57,925 bases of DNA from an uncultured bacterium (GCA_903873255.1 CAIQNR010000039.1:1-57925); one strand, 5' to 3'. Shown: positions 36,722 through 46,867, counted from the stretch's first letter. Made by a program: numbers and translations. Notes: generated by a model not told the origin, from the sequence alone.

Positions 36722-37543
36722 TTAAGCATAATGATCTACAGAAATTCCAAGTCTTTTCGCTTCACGTTTAAATATACTTTGTCTTACAGCGGTGCTTATA
36801 GTATTTTTCTGATCGGTTAGCTCACAATGTTTTTTCATTAAAAGATCTTCACAAGATGAATTTTTTTGAGCCATATCATGAACTTCGTCTTTAGTTTGGG
36901 GGAACCGTTTTTCAAGACGATCGAGTTCTTTTTTGCTAAAAGGTTCTGGATAAGGTATATCATCTTTTTTTGTTATTTCGCTCAGCATAAGATATTCGCC
37001 CTGATAACGTTTGATACATTTCTTTAAAGATGTTGTTTTTGTTTCCCAAACATCAAATGCAGATTCCTGATTATCAGAGTCTGTGATGTATCCAAAAAAA
37101 TATGTTTTTTTCATTGCTTCATATTTTAATGATCTTTTTTCATGAGCGCGTAGCATTGCATCTCGTTCTTTACGACTTACTAAATGAGCGGGAAGCAGAG
37201 ATAAAAGACAAAGATCTTCAGATATTTTGGATGTTGTTTGTGGATATTCTAATACTGCAAGGATGGCTTCTTTTTGTTCATCAGATAATTCTGGCTTTTC
37301 ATCATTAAAACCAAGATCAGAACTGCCCCTTTCTACTTTACGAGACATTCTTGTGAGATATCTGTTTGCAGAAGGGCTTTTTACTGATTTAAATAAATTT
37401 ACTTGATCAGGTTTATGCTCACTTGATGGAGTAAAAAAAGTTTCAGATTCTGAGTCTGGGAGTGATTGGTCAAGCCTTGCCCCATGGATACATGAGTTTA
37501 TATTGAGTAAAAGTAAAATTGGGATGAAATATATTTTATTCAT
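36722..37543 (-). CDS. hypothetical secreted protein, PYPEPFS-motif paralogue A
   Basis: 273 aa with a signal peptide. It shares the block GEY..(I/V)PYPEPFS(K/R)KEL and the C-terminal (K/L)xEAKxL(G/N)I(S/P)V with the adjacent gene. Confidence 0.55.
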   Translation of the reverse strand: MNKIYFIPILLLLNINSCIHGARLDQSLPDSESETFFTPSSEHKPDQVNLFKSVKSPSANRYLTRMSRKVERGSSDLGFNDEKPELSDEQKEAILAVLEYPQTTSKISEDLCLLSLLPAHLVSRKERDAMLRAHEKRSLKYEAMKKTYFFGYITDSDNQESAFDVWETKTTSLKKCIKRYQGEYLMLSEITKKDDIPYPEPFSKKELDRLEKRFPQTKDEVHDMAQKNSSCEDLLMKKHCELTDQKNTISTAVRQSIFKREAKRLGISVDHYA

Positions 37544-37546
37544 ATT

Positions 37547-38308
37547 TTATTTACTATCATGATCTAAAGGATTTTCAAATGTTTTACCTTTTAAACGAAT
37601 GCTTTTGACAGGTATATTGAGAGATTTTGCTTCTTTAAGAAAAACAGCAAGAGCTTCAGAATGGTTCATTCTACTATTTTGTATTTCAAGATAGCTTTCC
37701 ATAAGCTTATTTTCGGGAGATGATGCTTCTTGAATACTATCCTCAAGGGCTGTTTGAGGAACTAATGGTTTTTTATAGAGAGGATTTTTTTCTTTTGTAA
37801 ATTGAGTAACTGGTATTAAAAGATGATCCTTTTTAGGTTGTGGTAGTGATGCAAGTGTAGCTAGTTCTTTTCTACTAAAAGGTTCTGGATAAGGAACGTG
37901 CTGGGGGCCTTCTTTTGGTATTGCTATTTTGTATTCACCACCAAGTCGGTTATGAGCTACTAGGTGAGTTTCTATTTCCTTACATTCCTGATCATTTCTA
38001 ATAGGATCAATAGGGAAAGAAATGAGACCACCTTTGTTGAGTTGGGAGTTGTCTATTTTTGAGTTAAAAACATGAAAACGATTCGGTTGAAGGAACGGAA
38101 TTGTTGCTTCGAATTCTTCTTTCAAGGCTTCTTTGATAAAGGGAGGAATTATTCTGGCCATGTTAAACTCAAGATTACTATCTGGACGCCCTCGTTTTGC
38201 AAGATAATCAGTTGGAGAAATAGCTTGCCTTTTTCTTGATTCTGCTGCGTAGAGGTTGCATTGTGTTAAGCTTAAAATAAGCATAAAAGTATATAATTTT
38301 TTAGTCAT
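37547..38308 (-). CDS. hypothetical secreted protein, PYPEPFS-motif paralogue B
   Basis: 253 aa with a signal peptide. It shares the same conserved blocks, and a 20-nt stretch (37875-37894) is identical to 36936-36955. Confidence 0.55.
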   Translation of the reverse strand: MTKKLYTFMLILSLTQCNLYAAESRKRQAISPTDYLAKRGRPDSNLEFNMARIIPPFIKEALKEEFEATIPFLQPNRFHVFNSKIDNSQLNKGGLISFPIDPIRNDQECKEIETHLVAHNRLGGEYKIAIPKEGPQHVPYPEPFSRKELATLASLPQPKKDHLLIPVTQFTKEKNPLYKKPLVPQTALEDSIQEASSPENKLMESYLEIQNSRMNHSEALAVFLKEAKSLNIPVKSIRLKGKTFENPLDHDSK

Positions 38309-38512
38309 AAAAGTTCACCTTATTTTTGGTTAAATAATAGTCCTACATGTATTTAGAATTTATTGAAGCATTTGTTTTATTATACAGGTAGAAAATCTTT
38401 ATTCAAATGCCCTTTTTGATTAAAGTGGTGTAAACTCTAGCCTTTATACGCATAATTTTTGTATTTTATAATTTCCAGATATTATTAAAATTAGTACATT
38501 GTAAGGGGGATT

Positions 38513-41191
38513 ATGAGTTTTTATGAAAAATCTATTCAAGAATTAGAAAAATATTTTAATACATCATCAATTCATGGCCTTTCAAAAAAACAAGCAGAAA
38601 AAAACAGTCAGCTTTATGGTAAAAATAAAGTTGCTCATAAAAAAATGCTTTCAATTTCTACTATTATACTTCAACAATTTATGAACCCTTTGGTGTATGT
38701 ATTGTTTGTTAGTGCGGTAGTTATTTTTGCAACAGGAACCTTAACGGATGCATGTATTGTTTTAATTATTATTTTTTTAAATTGTTCTATTGGTGCAATT
38801 CAAGAATATCGTCTAACGCGCATTGTAAGCCATTTAGAAACACTGCAAAAGCGTGATTATATTGTGCTGAGAGATGGTGAAAAAATTGTTATAGAAGAAG
38901 AGCATATTACTCCAGGAGACATAGTTATTTTGCAAGATGGCCAAAAAATTCCTGCAGATGGCCGTATTGTTATGGGATATGATCTTGTAGTTGATGAAAG
39001 TATGCTTACCGGTGAAAGTAAACCAGTAAAAAAGATGGTTGAAATTGAAGTTTTATCAAATTCAGATCGTCTTGATATGCAACAAAATATGCTCTTTGCA
39101 GGAACATCACTAGTCAGTGGATATGCTCAGATGTTGGTTGTTGCAATAGGAAAAGCTACAGAAAGTGGAAAAATTCAAGCATTTATTCCGCAAATTGTAA
39201 CCGATCTTCCTTTGCAAAAAGATCTTGCTAAGTTAATCCGCTTTGTTTTGGTAACTATTGTTGCTATTTGCATCACACTTTTCATTTTGGGAATTATAGA
39301 TGGAAAGCCCTTTGGAGAATTATTTGCTGCTCTGCTTGCCCTTTTTATGTGTGCAGTTCCTCAAGGTTTGCCGGTAATTATGACCCTTATTTTAGCGGTT
39401 GGTTCATATCGACTTGCAAAGCATCAGATTTTGGCAAAACGCTTACAAGCTGTTGAAGGGCTTGGTCGAGCCGATATTTTAGTGGTTGATAAAACAGGTA
39501 CACTTACCAGTAATGAGTTGATAGTCACCGGTATTATTGCATCAGACAAAATCTATGATGTTACGGGTGCAGGGTACGATCCAGCAGGTATTATTAGTTA
39601 TAAAGAAACTCCAATTTTTGATATTAATAGCGATGTTATCTATCAGCATATGGTGCATGCAGCATGTCTTCTTGATCGATCTCAAGTGACCTATAATGAG
39701 GAAGCAAAGCGATTTATTGTTAAAGGAAATCCCAATGATGCAGCACTTGGTGTGTGTGCAAAGAAAGCAGGGTTATCTCTTCAGGTATTACAACAAAATT
39801 ATAGCTTGCTTTATGAGATTCCTTTCCACGCAGATTTACAGTTTCATACATGTTTTTATGAAAATAAAGTAACAGGTAAAGGCATTATTTATGCAACGGG
39901 TTCATTTGAAGGGCTTCATAGGCAGGGCATAACATCTGAAAGATTTTCTAAGGATCTTCTTGCTGATGCACTTCAAAATGGCATGCGTATTATGGCATTT
40001 GGTTATGCAGAGTGCGATCTTGGACTTTTGCAAATTGCTCCGCAAGAAAATGATGAACGACGTGCATATTTTTTACGTATTTTTACTGAGCAACTTGTAC
40101 TTTATGGTTTTTTTGAAGTGGAAGATGCTCTCAGAAAAGATATCAATATAACTGTTGATACCATTCAAAATGCAGGTATTCGTATCATTATGGCAACGGG
40201 TGATCACATGGTAACGGCAGAACACATTGCTCGATCTGCTGGCATAATTGCGGACGGTCAAGAAGGACTTCGCGGTATTGATCTTTCAGGTGTGTCAGAT
40301 AAAGATCTAAAAAATAGTTTACGCACTCATTCAGTGTATGGCCGTTGCCTTCCAACTGATAAATTACGGATTATTACCTTACTTCAGGAGCAAGGGTATC
40401 GCGTTGCAATGGTTGGTGATGGGGTTAACGATGTTCCTTCTCTTGCAATGTCAGATTTAGGTGTTGCAATGGGCATCACAGGAAGTGATAGTGCAAAAGA
40501 GGCGGCAGATATTGTATTGCTTCACGATTCATTTGGATCAATTCCTTATGGCATCGCAGAAGGGCGGCACATTTTTTACACTTTCAAGCGCGTTATTTTT
40601 TATTTCTTGGCATCTAATTTTACCGAAGTTCTGGTTATGACGGTTGCATTTATAGGTTTTCCATTACCGCTTCTTGCATCACATGTATTGTGGCTTAATT
40701 TAGTTACAGATGGATTTTTAGATGCATCACTTTCCTTAGAACAACCAGAAAAAAATCTTTTAGATTTATCGTTTAAACGGAATGTGTATACGCTTATTTC
40801 CCCCATCACCATTGCTCATATTATTGGTCTTGCCATTATCAGTGCAGGAATGACTGGCTTTGTTTTTATTCAGTATTTAAGTTGGTATGGCATTGATTAT
40901 GCACGTACAATGTGTATGGTAACATTGACAGCTTGCCAGATGATTAATGCAATAAATTCTCGTTCTTTGCATCGTTCAATTTTTGATTTACCAGTTCTTG
41001 GCAATAGGTGGCTGTATGCTGCGCTTGGTGGAATTATAGTGACACTTGTTTCTATAGTGTATGTGCCATCGCTTCAGAAGATATTTAAAACAATTTCCTT
41101 GCATGGGCTTGATTGGGGAGTTGTGCTTGGAGTTGCAGTTATTCTTTTTGTAGTTGAAGAATTAAGAAAACAGATTTTACGTAATTTTTGA
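38513..41191 (+). CDS. cation-transporting P-type ATPase (P2-like)
   Basis: 892 aa with TGES, the phosphorylation site DKTGTLT, the hinge MVGDGVNDVPSL, the TM4 motif PQGLP, and TM5/TM6 SNFTEV / NLVTDG. Confidence 0.9.
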   Translation: MSFYEKSIQELEKYFNTSSIHGLSKKQAEKNSQLYGKNKVAHKKMLSISTIILQQFMNPLVYVLFVSAVVIFATGTLTDACIVLIIIFLNCSIGAIQEYRLTRIVSHLETLQKRDYIVLRDGEKIVIEEEHITPGDIVILQDGQKIPADGRIVMGYDLVVDESMLTGESKPVKKMVEIEVLSNSDRLDMQQNMLFAGTSLVSGYAQMLVVAIGKATESGKIQAFIPQIVTDLPLQKDLAKLIRFVLVTIVAICITLFILGIIDGKPFGELFAALLALFMCAVPQGLPVIMTLILAVGSYRLAKHQILAKRLQAVEGLGRADILVVDKTGTLTSNELIVTGIIASDKIYDVTGAGYDPAGIISYKETPIFDINSDVIYQHMVHAACLLDRSQVTYNEEAKRFIVKGNPNDAALGVCAKKAGLSLQVLQQNYSLLYEIPFHADLQFHTCFYENKVTGKGIIYATGSFEGLHRQGITSERFSKDLLADALQNGMRIMAFGYAECDLGLLQIAPQENDERRAYFLRIFTEQLVLYGFFEVEDALRKDINITVDTIQNAGIRIIMATGDHMVTAEHIARSAGIIADGQEGLRGIDLSGVSDKDLKNSLRTHSVYGRCLPTDKLRIITLLQEQGYRVAMVGDGVNDVPSLAMSDLGVAMGITGSDSAKEAADIVLLHDSFGSIPYGIAEGRHIFYTFKRVIFYFLASNFTEVLVMTVAFIGFPLPLLASHVLWLNLVTDGFLDASLSLEQPEKNLLDLSFKRNVYTLISPITIAHIIGLAIISAGMTGFVFIQYLSWYGIDYARTMCMVTLTACQMINAINSRSLHRSIFDLPVLGNRWLYAALGGIIVTLVSIVYVPSLQKIFKTISLHGLDWGVVLGVAVILFVVEELRKQILRNF

Positions 41192-41195
41192 TATA

Positions 41196-41226
41196 AAAAG
41201 GCCCTTTTTATGAGGGCCTTTGTTTT
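41196..41226. terminator. bidirectional rho-independent terminator
   Basis: aaaaggccc-tttttatga-gggcctttt lies between the convergent ATPase gene (+) and a small ORF (-). The small ORF's stop sits in the loop. Confidence 0.6.
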
Positions 41227-41465
41227 ATTTCTTCAAGGCATTCTTGTAGATCAATTTTTGCTTGTTTAATATTTGCATACATTTCTAGATATTCTTCTTG
41301 TGAAAATCCTGCAGGTTTTCCTTCTTTAATCATTTGTTTTCTAAAGCTTTCTGTATTAGATAGTTCCATTTCTAATTTTTTAATTTGTTTTTCTCTTGAT
41401 TGATCAGCTCCAAATACGTTGATGCTTACAAGGCTGATTACTAAAAAGAGGGATAGTTTTTTCAT
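41208..41465 (-). CDS. hypothetical small secreted coiled-coil protein
   Basis: 85 aa with a signal peptide (MKKLSLFLVISLVSINVFG). Confidence 0.45.
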   Translation of the reverse strand: MKKLSLFLVISLVSINVFGADQSREKQIKKLEMELSNTESFRKQMIKEGKPAGFSQEEYLEMYANIKQAKIDLQECLEEIKQRPS

Positions 41466-41683
41466 ATTAAGTCCTAAAAATTAAATGGTAATAATTACGA
41501 ATGGAGTGTAGTCAGGCAGGATCGGATGTCAATATTATCCTTGCAATTTGGAAGTTAGGGTTCCAAGTTACAAGGTATTTTTACGAATAATAAGAAAATT
41601 TCTCATCCTATTTGACTTACTCTTTAAGCAAGTTAAGATTCTTAATAATACTGTAATAGGGTCGTGTTGATGAAAGGTTTCGA

Positions 41684-42235
41684 ATGAAAAAGATTATTGC
41701 TTCTTTAGTGTTAGTAGCTTCTTTTGGACAAGTACAAAGCGCTGCAGTTTCTGTAAATGCTCAGCAGATGGTAACCGTAGTTGATATTGTAGTGGTGAAT
41801 GTAATGGAAGTTTTTCAGGCGCTTATCGAAGTGCAAGATTTAATGAAAGATTTACAAAACTTTTTGATGAAAAAAGCTGAGATGCTACAGAAAATGGATT
41901 CAGAAGGTAAAGAGCGCGAAAAGAACTTTGCAATGAAGGCAAAAAACTTAACAGTTGATGCACGCGATAAAGAACATATGGAGCTTGAAAGACTTAAAAA
42001 TGAAATTCGTATTCAAGCAGAAAATCTTGATGCAAAACAAAAAGAAGAACAAATGCTTATTCAGCAAAAAGTGGCTGAAAAAATTAAAGATTTCTGCCAG
42101 AAAATGGGATGGAAAATTGTTCTTCCTGGTGCAATTTATGTTGATCCATCACTTGATAAAACAAAAATTGTTATTGATGGTATGAACAAAGAATATGCAG
42201 CAAAAAAGGCAGCAAAAAAAACTGTTAAAAATTAA
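41684..42235 (+). CDS. Skp/OmpH-like periplasmic chaperone (tentative)
   Basis: 183 aa with a signal peptide, a long K/E/Q-rich helical middle and a C-terminal ...VLPGAIYVDPSLDKTKIVIDGMNKEY, which resembles the OmpH layout. Confidence 0.4.
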   Translation: MKKIIASLVLVASFGQVQSAAVSVNAQQMVTVVDIVVVNVMEVFQALIEVQDLMKDLQNFLMKKAEMLQKMDSEGKEREKNFAMKAKNLTVDARDKEHMELERLKNEIRIQAENLDAKQKEEQMLIQQKVAEKIKDFCQKMGWKIVLPGAIYVDPSLDKTKIVIDGMNKEYAAKKAAKKTVKN

Positions 42236-42262
42236 TTAAAATACTTGAAAATATAAAAATAT

Positions 42263-42299
42263 AAAAAAGTTGATGACTTAAGAGTTGTCAACTTTTTTT
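42263..42299 (+). terminator. rho-independent terminator
   Basis: aaaaagttga...tcaacttttt stem with inner pairing, followed by a T-run. Confidence 0.5.
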
Positions 42300-42318
42300 A
42301 TTAGGAAGAGATATAGAA

Positions 42319-43134
42319 ATGAAATTATTTTTTCTTGTTATTTGTATGAGTGCAGCTACAGGGATCGTTGTATCAAATACAACGATTTCAGAATATAATT
42401 TTCTTAAAAAGGATCCATTTGCTAAAGGTATAGTCCAATTTTTATCTTCAAAAGGGCTTAAAAAGAGAAATGATTTTTTTGCATTACATATGGAGCGTAA
42501 GCAGCAAGAAGAAATTATTAATGAGCTTGAGGATGAAATAATAGGAATGGAAGGAAAAAAGATTGTTACAAATTGGCCTAAAATATATGATTTGTATCAA
42601 AAACATATTGAAATAGATAAAAGATTGTATCAAAAATATGTAGGTGGGTTAGAAAAAGATAAAATTAATTTTAATTCTAAAGATCATGCTTTTCTAAGAT
42701 TACGTATTTTTACAGGTAATGAAAACGATGAAGAAATTTTAGAAAGATTTCCAAGTTATAGGTTATCTCTTGATATTATATACGATTATGCGCGTATAGC
42801 ATGTGCGATTAAAATTTTTAAAAAGAAACTTTTTATATCTGAATTTGTAGATAATAATCATTTAACTACAGCTACTTTTCCTGCTCTTGCGTATAAAGAT
42901 CCATTTGTTTCTAATTTAACTGAAATCTCTCAACCAAAAATCAATAAAATTAAAAAAAGAAAAGCGCCATTATTGGTAACTTCAGATAATGAAGATGATG
43001 TACCTGTAAAAAGAGTTCTTGTTGAAGCAAAAGATGGGGCTGTTTTTACTCAAAATATTGCATTAAAAATGCCTTCCTTAGTTTCTAAATTATCATCTAC
43101 CAATTATTTAAAAGAAATTCCTAAAAAAAAGTGA
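42319..43134 (+). CDS. hypothetical secreted protein
   Basis: 271 aa with a signal-like N-terminus and a KIKKRKAP...PVKRV basic patch. Confidence 0.5.
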   Translation: MKLFFLVICMSAATGIVVSNTTISEYNFLKKDPFAKGIVQFLSSKGLKKRNDFFALHMERKQQEEIINELEDEIIGMEGKKIVTNWPKIYDLYQKHIEIDKRLYQKYVGGLEKDKINFNSKDHAFLRLRIFTGNENDEEILERFPSYRLSLDIIYDYARIACAIKIFKKKLFISEFVDNNHLTTATFPALAYKDPFVSNLTEISQPKINKIKKRKAPLLVTSDNEDDVPVKRVLVEAKDGAVFTQNIALKMPSLVSKLSSTNYLKEIPKKK

Positions 43135-43139
43135 TTCCT

Positions 43140-43676
43140 ATGAAAAATAATATTAAAGCAATTATTGGCCTTGGAAACCCAGGATCGCAGTATGTTTTTA
43201 CGCGTCATAATATTGGATTTAGAGTTGTAGAAGCTCTTGCAGAAAGTTGGGGGGCTCAGTGGTTACAAAAAGAAAATATGATTCTCGCAGAAACTACATG
43301 TAATGGTTTAAAAATTCTTTTAATCAAGCCGCAAACTTATATGAATAACTCAGGCAGAGTTATGAATTATTTACATAAACAAGGCATTAAAGCTGAAAAT
43401 ACTCTTGTAGTTCATGATGAACTTGAAAAGCCATTTGGCTCTTTAATAATTAAGCAAGGCGGAAGTCATAAAGGTCATAACGGGCTTAAATCAATTATTA
43501 GTGTTACAGGGCTTGAATTTTGGCATTTGCGCTTTGGTATTGGGCGTCCTGAACATAAAGAAGAGGTTCCTTTATATGTTCTTGCGAACTTTAAGGAACC
43601 TCAGTTGGACGTAGAGACTTTGATAAGCAAAGCAGTTGAGATGATTACTCAATTACTTTCTGAAAATGCTCAATAA
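43140..43676 (+). CDS. pth: peptidyl-tRNA hydrolase
   Basis: IIGLGNPGSQY, VVHDELEKPFG, GGSHKGHNGLKS. I prefer the ATG at 43140. The GTG at 43131 is the alternative. Confidence 0.9.
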   Translation: MKNNIKAIIGLGNPGSQYVFTRHNIGFRVVEALAESWGAQWLQKENMILAETTCNGLKILLIKPQTYMNNSGRVMNYLHKQGIKAENTLVVHDELEKPFGSLIIKQGGSHKGHNGLKSIISVTGLEFWHLRFGIGRPEHKEEVPLYVLANFKEPQLDVETLISKAVEMITQLLSENAQ

Positions 43677-44100
43677 TTTTGCTTTGTAATTGTTCTGGAT
43701 AAAAACGAAGTTTTTTGAACTCTGCAAGTTCTACCCATTCAAGTATAAATTGATTATCTGCGTTAGTAATTTCAAGTTCAGGCCCGCTTAGTTGGGGTTT
43801 TCCTGACCATGATTTTGCTAAAAAATAAGTTTCAAAGCGGCCTTCGTTTTGAAAAGCCGCCAAAACTTCGCCTAGCTGTGCTGTTAAGGTAGTTTCTTCT
43901 TCCAGTTCGCGCAGTGCTGTTTCTTGTGCTGTCTCACCATCTTCCACCGTTCCTCCTGGGATACAGTAGTAACTTTCATGTATGCCACCAGGCTTTATCC
44001 ATTCTTTTCGTATACGGTGCATCAGCAAGATTTTAGTACCATCAACAATGATAATACTTGCTCGGTCGCCCATAGATTTTTTGTATTTAGAGGTGGTCAT
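43645..44100 (-). CDS. NUDIX hydrolase
   Basis: Nudix box GGTVEDGETAQETALRELEEETTL. It overlaps the alaS stop by 4 nt and converges on pth with a 32-nt overlap. Confidence 0.85.
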   Translation of the reverse strand: MTTSKYKKSMGDRASIIIVDGTKILLMHRIRKEWIKPGGIHESYYCIPGGTVEDGETAQETALRELEEETTLTAQLGEVLAAFQNEGRFETYFLAKSWSGKPQLSGPELEITNADNQFILEWVELAEFKKLRFYPEQLQSKIIEHFQKVIE

Positions 44101-46694
44101 TTCTTAAGTCCTGCTTTAATTGCAGTTCCAAGATCTTGTGTGATACGTGGACCACCGCCCTGCAGAGAGCCTTTTTTCCCACCGCCACGAAGGCCAGCAG
44201 TTTTTTGTAACCAATCACTGAGTGTTTTAAGGTCGATAATGTGTTCATGTTGAGGTGCTACAGATACAAAAAATACGCTTGCAGTTTCGCTTATGTTGCT
44301 GACCATTACATAAAGACCAGGATTTATTTTTTGTAGATAATCAATCGCTTCTTTAAGCTCATCACTAGTACATCCATTAATTTGTTTATATAAAAATGGC
44401 ACGTCGTTAATGATTTCTATGTCGTTTTTCCATGTTTGTGCTTGGAATGTGAGAAGTTCTTTTTTGAGTACTCTAATGGTTAAATGTGCTTGATGAAGTT
44501 GTTCTGTTTGTTTAATAACCGCTTGTGCAACTTCTTGAGGTTTTACTTTAAATTCTTGGCTCAAAACCTTAACAGTGTTGAAGTTTTCTTGCATTAATTC
44601 AAGGGCTTTCGGACCAGTTACTGCAAATAATCTTCGGTTGCCTGCAGAAAGAGCGCCCATGTCAGTTATTTTAAATGCACCAATAACGCCGGTTGAAGGT
44701 ACATGTGTTCCTCCGCAAAGTTCTGCTGAAAAACCTGGCACATCAACAACGCGTACTTTTTCTGGATTATATTTTTCTCCAAAAATTGCGATAACGCCTT
44801 TATCAAGGGCATCTTTGTAGGTTGTTTCAAAAACAGAAGGTGGAATATCTGCTCTGATAATTTCGTTTACACGATTTTCTACATGAGTAATTTCATCAAG
44901 TGTTAAGTTTTTGTGGTAGGTAAAATCGAAGCGTAGATATTCAGGGTCAACGACTGAACCAGATTGCTTAACTTGTTTTCCAAGCATTTCAATAAGTGCT
45001 GCTTGTAGTAAGTGGGTTGCAGTATGATTATTCATGGTCATTTTGCGGATTGGCTCATCAACTTGTTGTGAGACAATATCACCAACTACAATGTCTGCAG
45101 GCGCAATAATTTTTGCGGCAATTGCTTTACCAATTTTTTTAAGTTCATGAATTGCAGCTTGTGCATCACGAATAGTTATCCAACCTTGGTCGTCAACTTG
45201 TCCGCCTGTGCTTGGGAAAAAAGGAGTTTCTTTGGTAATGATCCAACATTCCATTCCTTCATCAACCATTTCTTGAACTTTTTCGTCAACAAGTAGGGTT
45301 ATAACAGGGGATTCTTGTGCTGTTTTTTTGTAGCCAACAAAGGTTGTTTCGATAGTTTCTGGAAGTTCAATAGCTTGTGTTGCAGACTTCATTTTTTTTC
45401 CAGAGAGTTTTTTTTGTTCTTCCATATAACTATGAAAGCCTTCTTGATCAACTTTAAAACCATGTTCTTGTGCTGCAAGAATGGTAACTTCAAGGGGGAA
45501 TCCATAGGTGTCATACAATTTAAATGCTTGCTGACCGCTGATAGTTTTATTTGCAGATTGTTCAGTCAGGTAGGTTTGTAAAATTGCTTGCCCGCGAACA
45601 AGGTTGTTCGAAAATTGTTCAATTTCATTAGTAAGCAGACTTACTATTATTTTTTCATTTATGCCAAGCTCTGGGTAAATTAAAGACATATCTTGAATAA
45701 ATGCTCGTGCTACTTCCGGGAAAATATTTTTATCAGTTAGTTTCTGTGCAAAGAGCGCAGCGCGACGAATAATTTTACGTAGCACATATCCGCGTCCTTC
45801 ATTAGAAGGTGATCCACCATCAGCAATAATAAGTGATGTTGAACGGACATGGTCAGCAAGTACATTAAAAGCTGCTTTAATGTTAGGAGTTGCGGTTTTA
45901 TAGGTAATGCCAGTTAATGTTTCTATAGCAGCAAGAGTTGCTGAAAAAAGATCTGTTTCATACACATTATCAACATTTTGTATGATACAGGTTATGCGTT
46001 CAAGGCCCATTCCTGTATCAACACCTGTTTGTTTAAGGGGAACTAAGGTGCCGTCAGGTTGACGATCGAATTGCATAAAGACGTTATTCCAGACTTCTAG
46101 TAATCTGCCATCATCAAAATCTTTTTGAGTTGGTAGTTCTGATCTTTCAGATTGTGGTCTGGTATCTACAAATATTTCTGAGCAAGGACCGCAAGGACCA
46201 GTGTCGCCCATTTGCCAAAAGTTATCTTTTTTTCCAAAGCGATAAATGCGTTCTTTGGGTACTCCAACTATTTTTTCCCATATTTCAAAAGCTTCATCGT
46301 CTTCTTCGTACACAGAGACATAGAGCTCATTTTTATCAATGCCTAAATCTTGTGTTAAAAAGTTCCATGCAAAGGGAATAGCTTCTTTTTTGAAGTAATC
46401 GCCAAATGAAAAATTTCCCATCATTTCAAAAAATGTGAGGTGACGCTTGGTAAATCCAACATTATCAAGGTCGTTATGTTTACCACCAGCGCGTACGCAT
46501 TTTTGAATGGTTACGGCTTTGGTATATGAGCGTTTTTCTCCGCCTAAAAAGCAGTCTTTAAATTGGTTCATGCCTGCATTGGTAAAGAGCAATGTTGGAT
46601 CTTGAGCTGGAATAAGGGATGAACTGTCTACTTTTTGATGTCCGAGTTGTGTGAAGTAATCGAAAAATTTTTTACGAATTTCTAGTGATTTCAT
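44097..46694 (-). CDS. alaS: alanine--tRNA ligase
   Basis: 865 aa with FTNAGMNQFK, the editing-domain HxxxH (HTATHLL) and CGGTH, and a C-terminal DHHA1-like region. Confidence 0.95.
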   Translation of the reverse strand: MKSLEIRKKFFDYFTQLGHQKVDSSSLIPAQDPTLLFTNAGMNQFKDCFLGGEKRSYTKAVTIQKCVRAGGKHNDLDNVGFTKRHLTFFEMMGNFSFGDYFKKEAIPFAWNFLTQDLGIDKNELYVSVYEEDDEAFEIWEKIVGVPKERIYRFGKKDNFWQMGDTGPCGPCSEIFVDTRPQSERSELPTQKDFDDGRLLEVWNNVFMQFDRQPDGTLVPLKQTGVDTGMGLERITCIIQNVDNVYETDLFSATLAAIETLTGITYKTATPNIKAAFNVLADHVRSTSLIIADGGSPSNEGRGYVLRKIIRRAALFAQKLTDKNIFPEVARAFIQDMSLIYPELGINEKIIVSLLTNEIEQFSNNLVRGQAILQTYLTEQSANKTISGQQAFKLYDTYGFPLEVTILAAQEHGFKVDQEGFHSYMEEQKKLSGKKMKSATQAIELPETIETTFVGYKKTAQESPVITLLVDEKVQEMVDEGMECWIITKETPFFPSTGGQVDDQGWITIRDAQAAIHELKKIGKAIAAKIIAPADIVVGDIVSQQVDEPIRKMTMNNHTATHLLQAALIEMLGKQVKQSGSVVDPEYLRFDFTYHKNLTLDEITHVENRVNEIIRADIPPSVFETTYKDALDKGVIAIFGEKYNPEKVRVVDVPGFSAELCGGTHVPSTGVIGAFKITDMGALSAGNRRLFAVTGPKALELMQENFNTVKVLSQEFKVKPQEVAQAVIKQTEQLHQAHLTIRVLKKELLTFQAQTWKNDIEIINDVPFLYKQINGCTSDELKEAIDYLQKINPGLYVMVSNISETASVFFVSVAPQHEHIIDLKTLSDWLQKTAGLRGGGKKGSLQGGGPRITQDLGTAIKAGLKK

Positions 46695-46867
46695 AGGTTT
46701 TTTCCATCAATAATAAGGAATTATATGTTGACTGATAAGATAGCATAAGTGAATTGTATTGGAAATAATGACAAAAATGACTGTTGGAATTGAAGATTGA
46801 AAATTATAAATAAACGGGTAAAGTTACCGCCAGTTGTATAAATAATTTTTATGATAGGAGCTTATTA

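Noticed and set aside
38309-38512. Possible metal-sensing riboswitch (M-box or yybP-ykoY type) in the 204-nt leader of the P-type ATPase
   Set aside because: The leader is very AT-rich, and I could find no extended conserved helices or characteristic motifs by eye. A covariance-model scan would be needed to support this.
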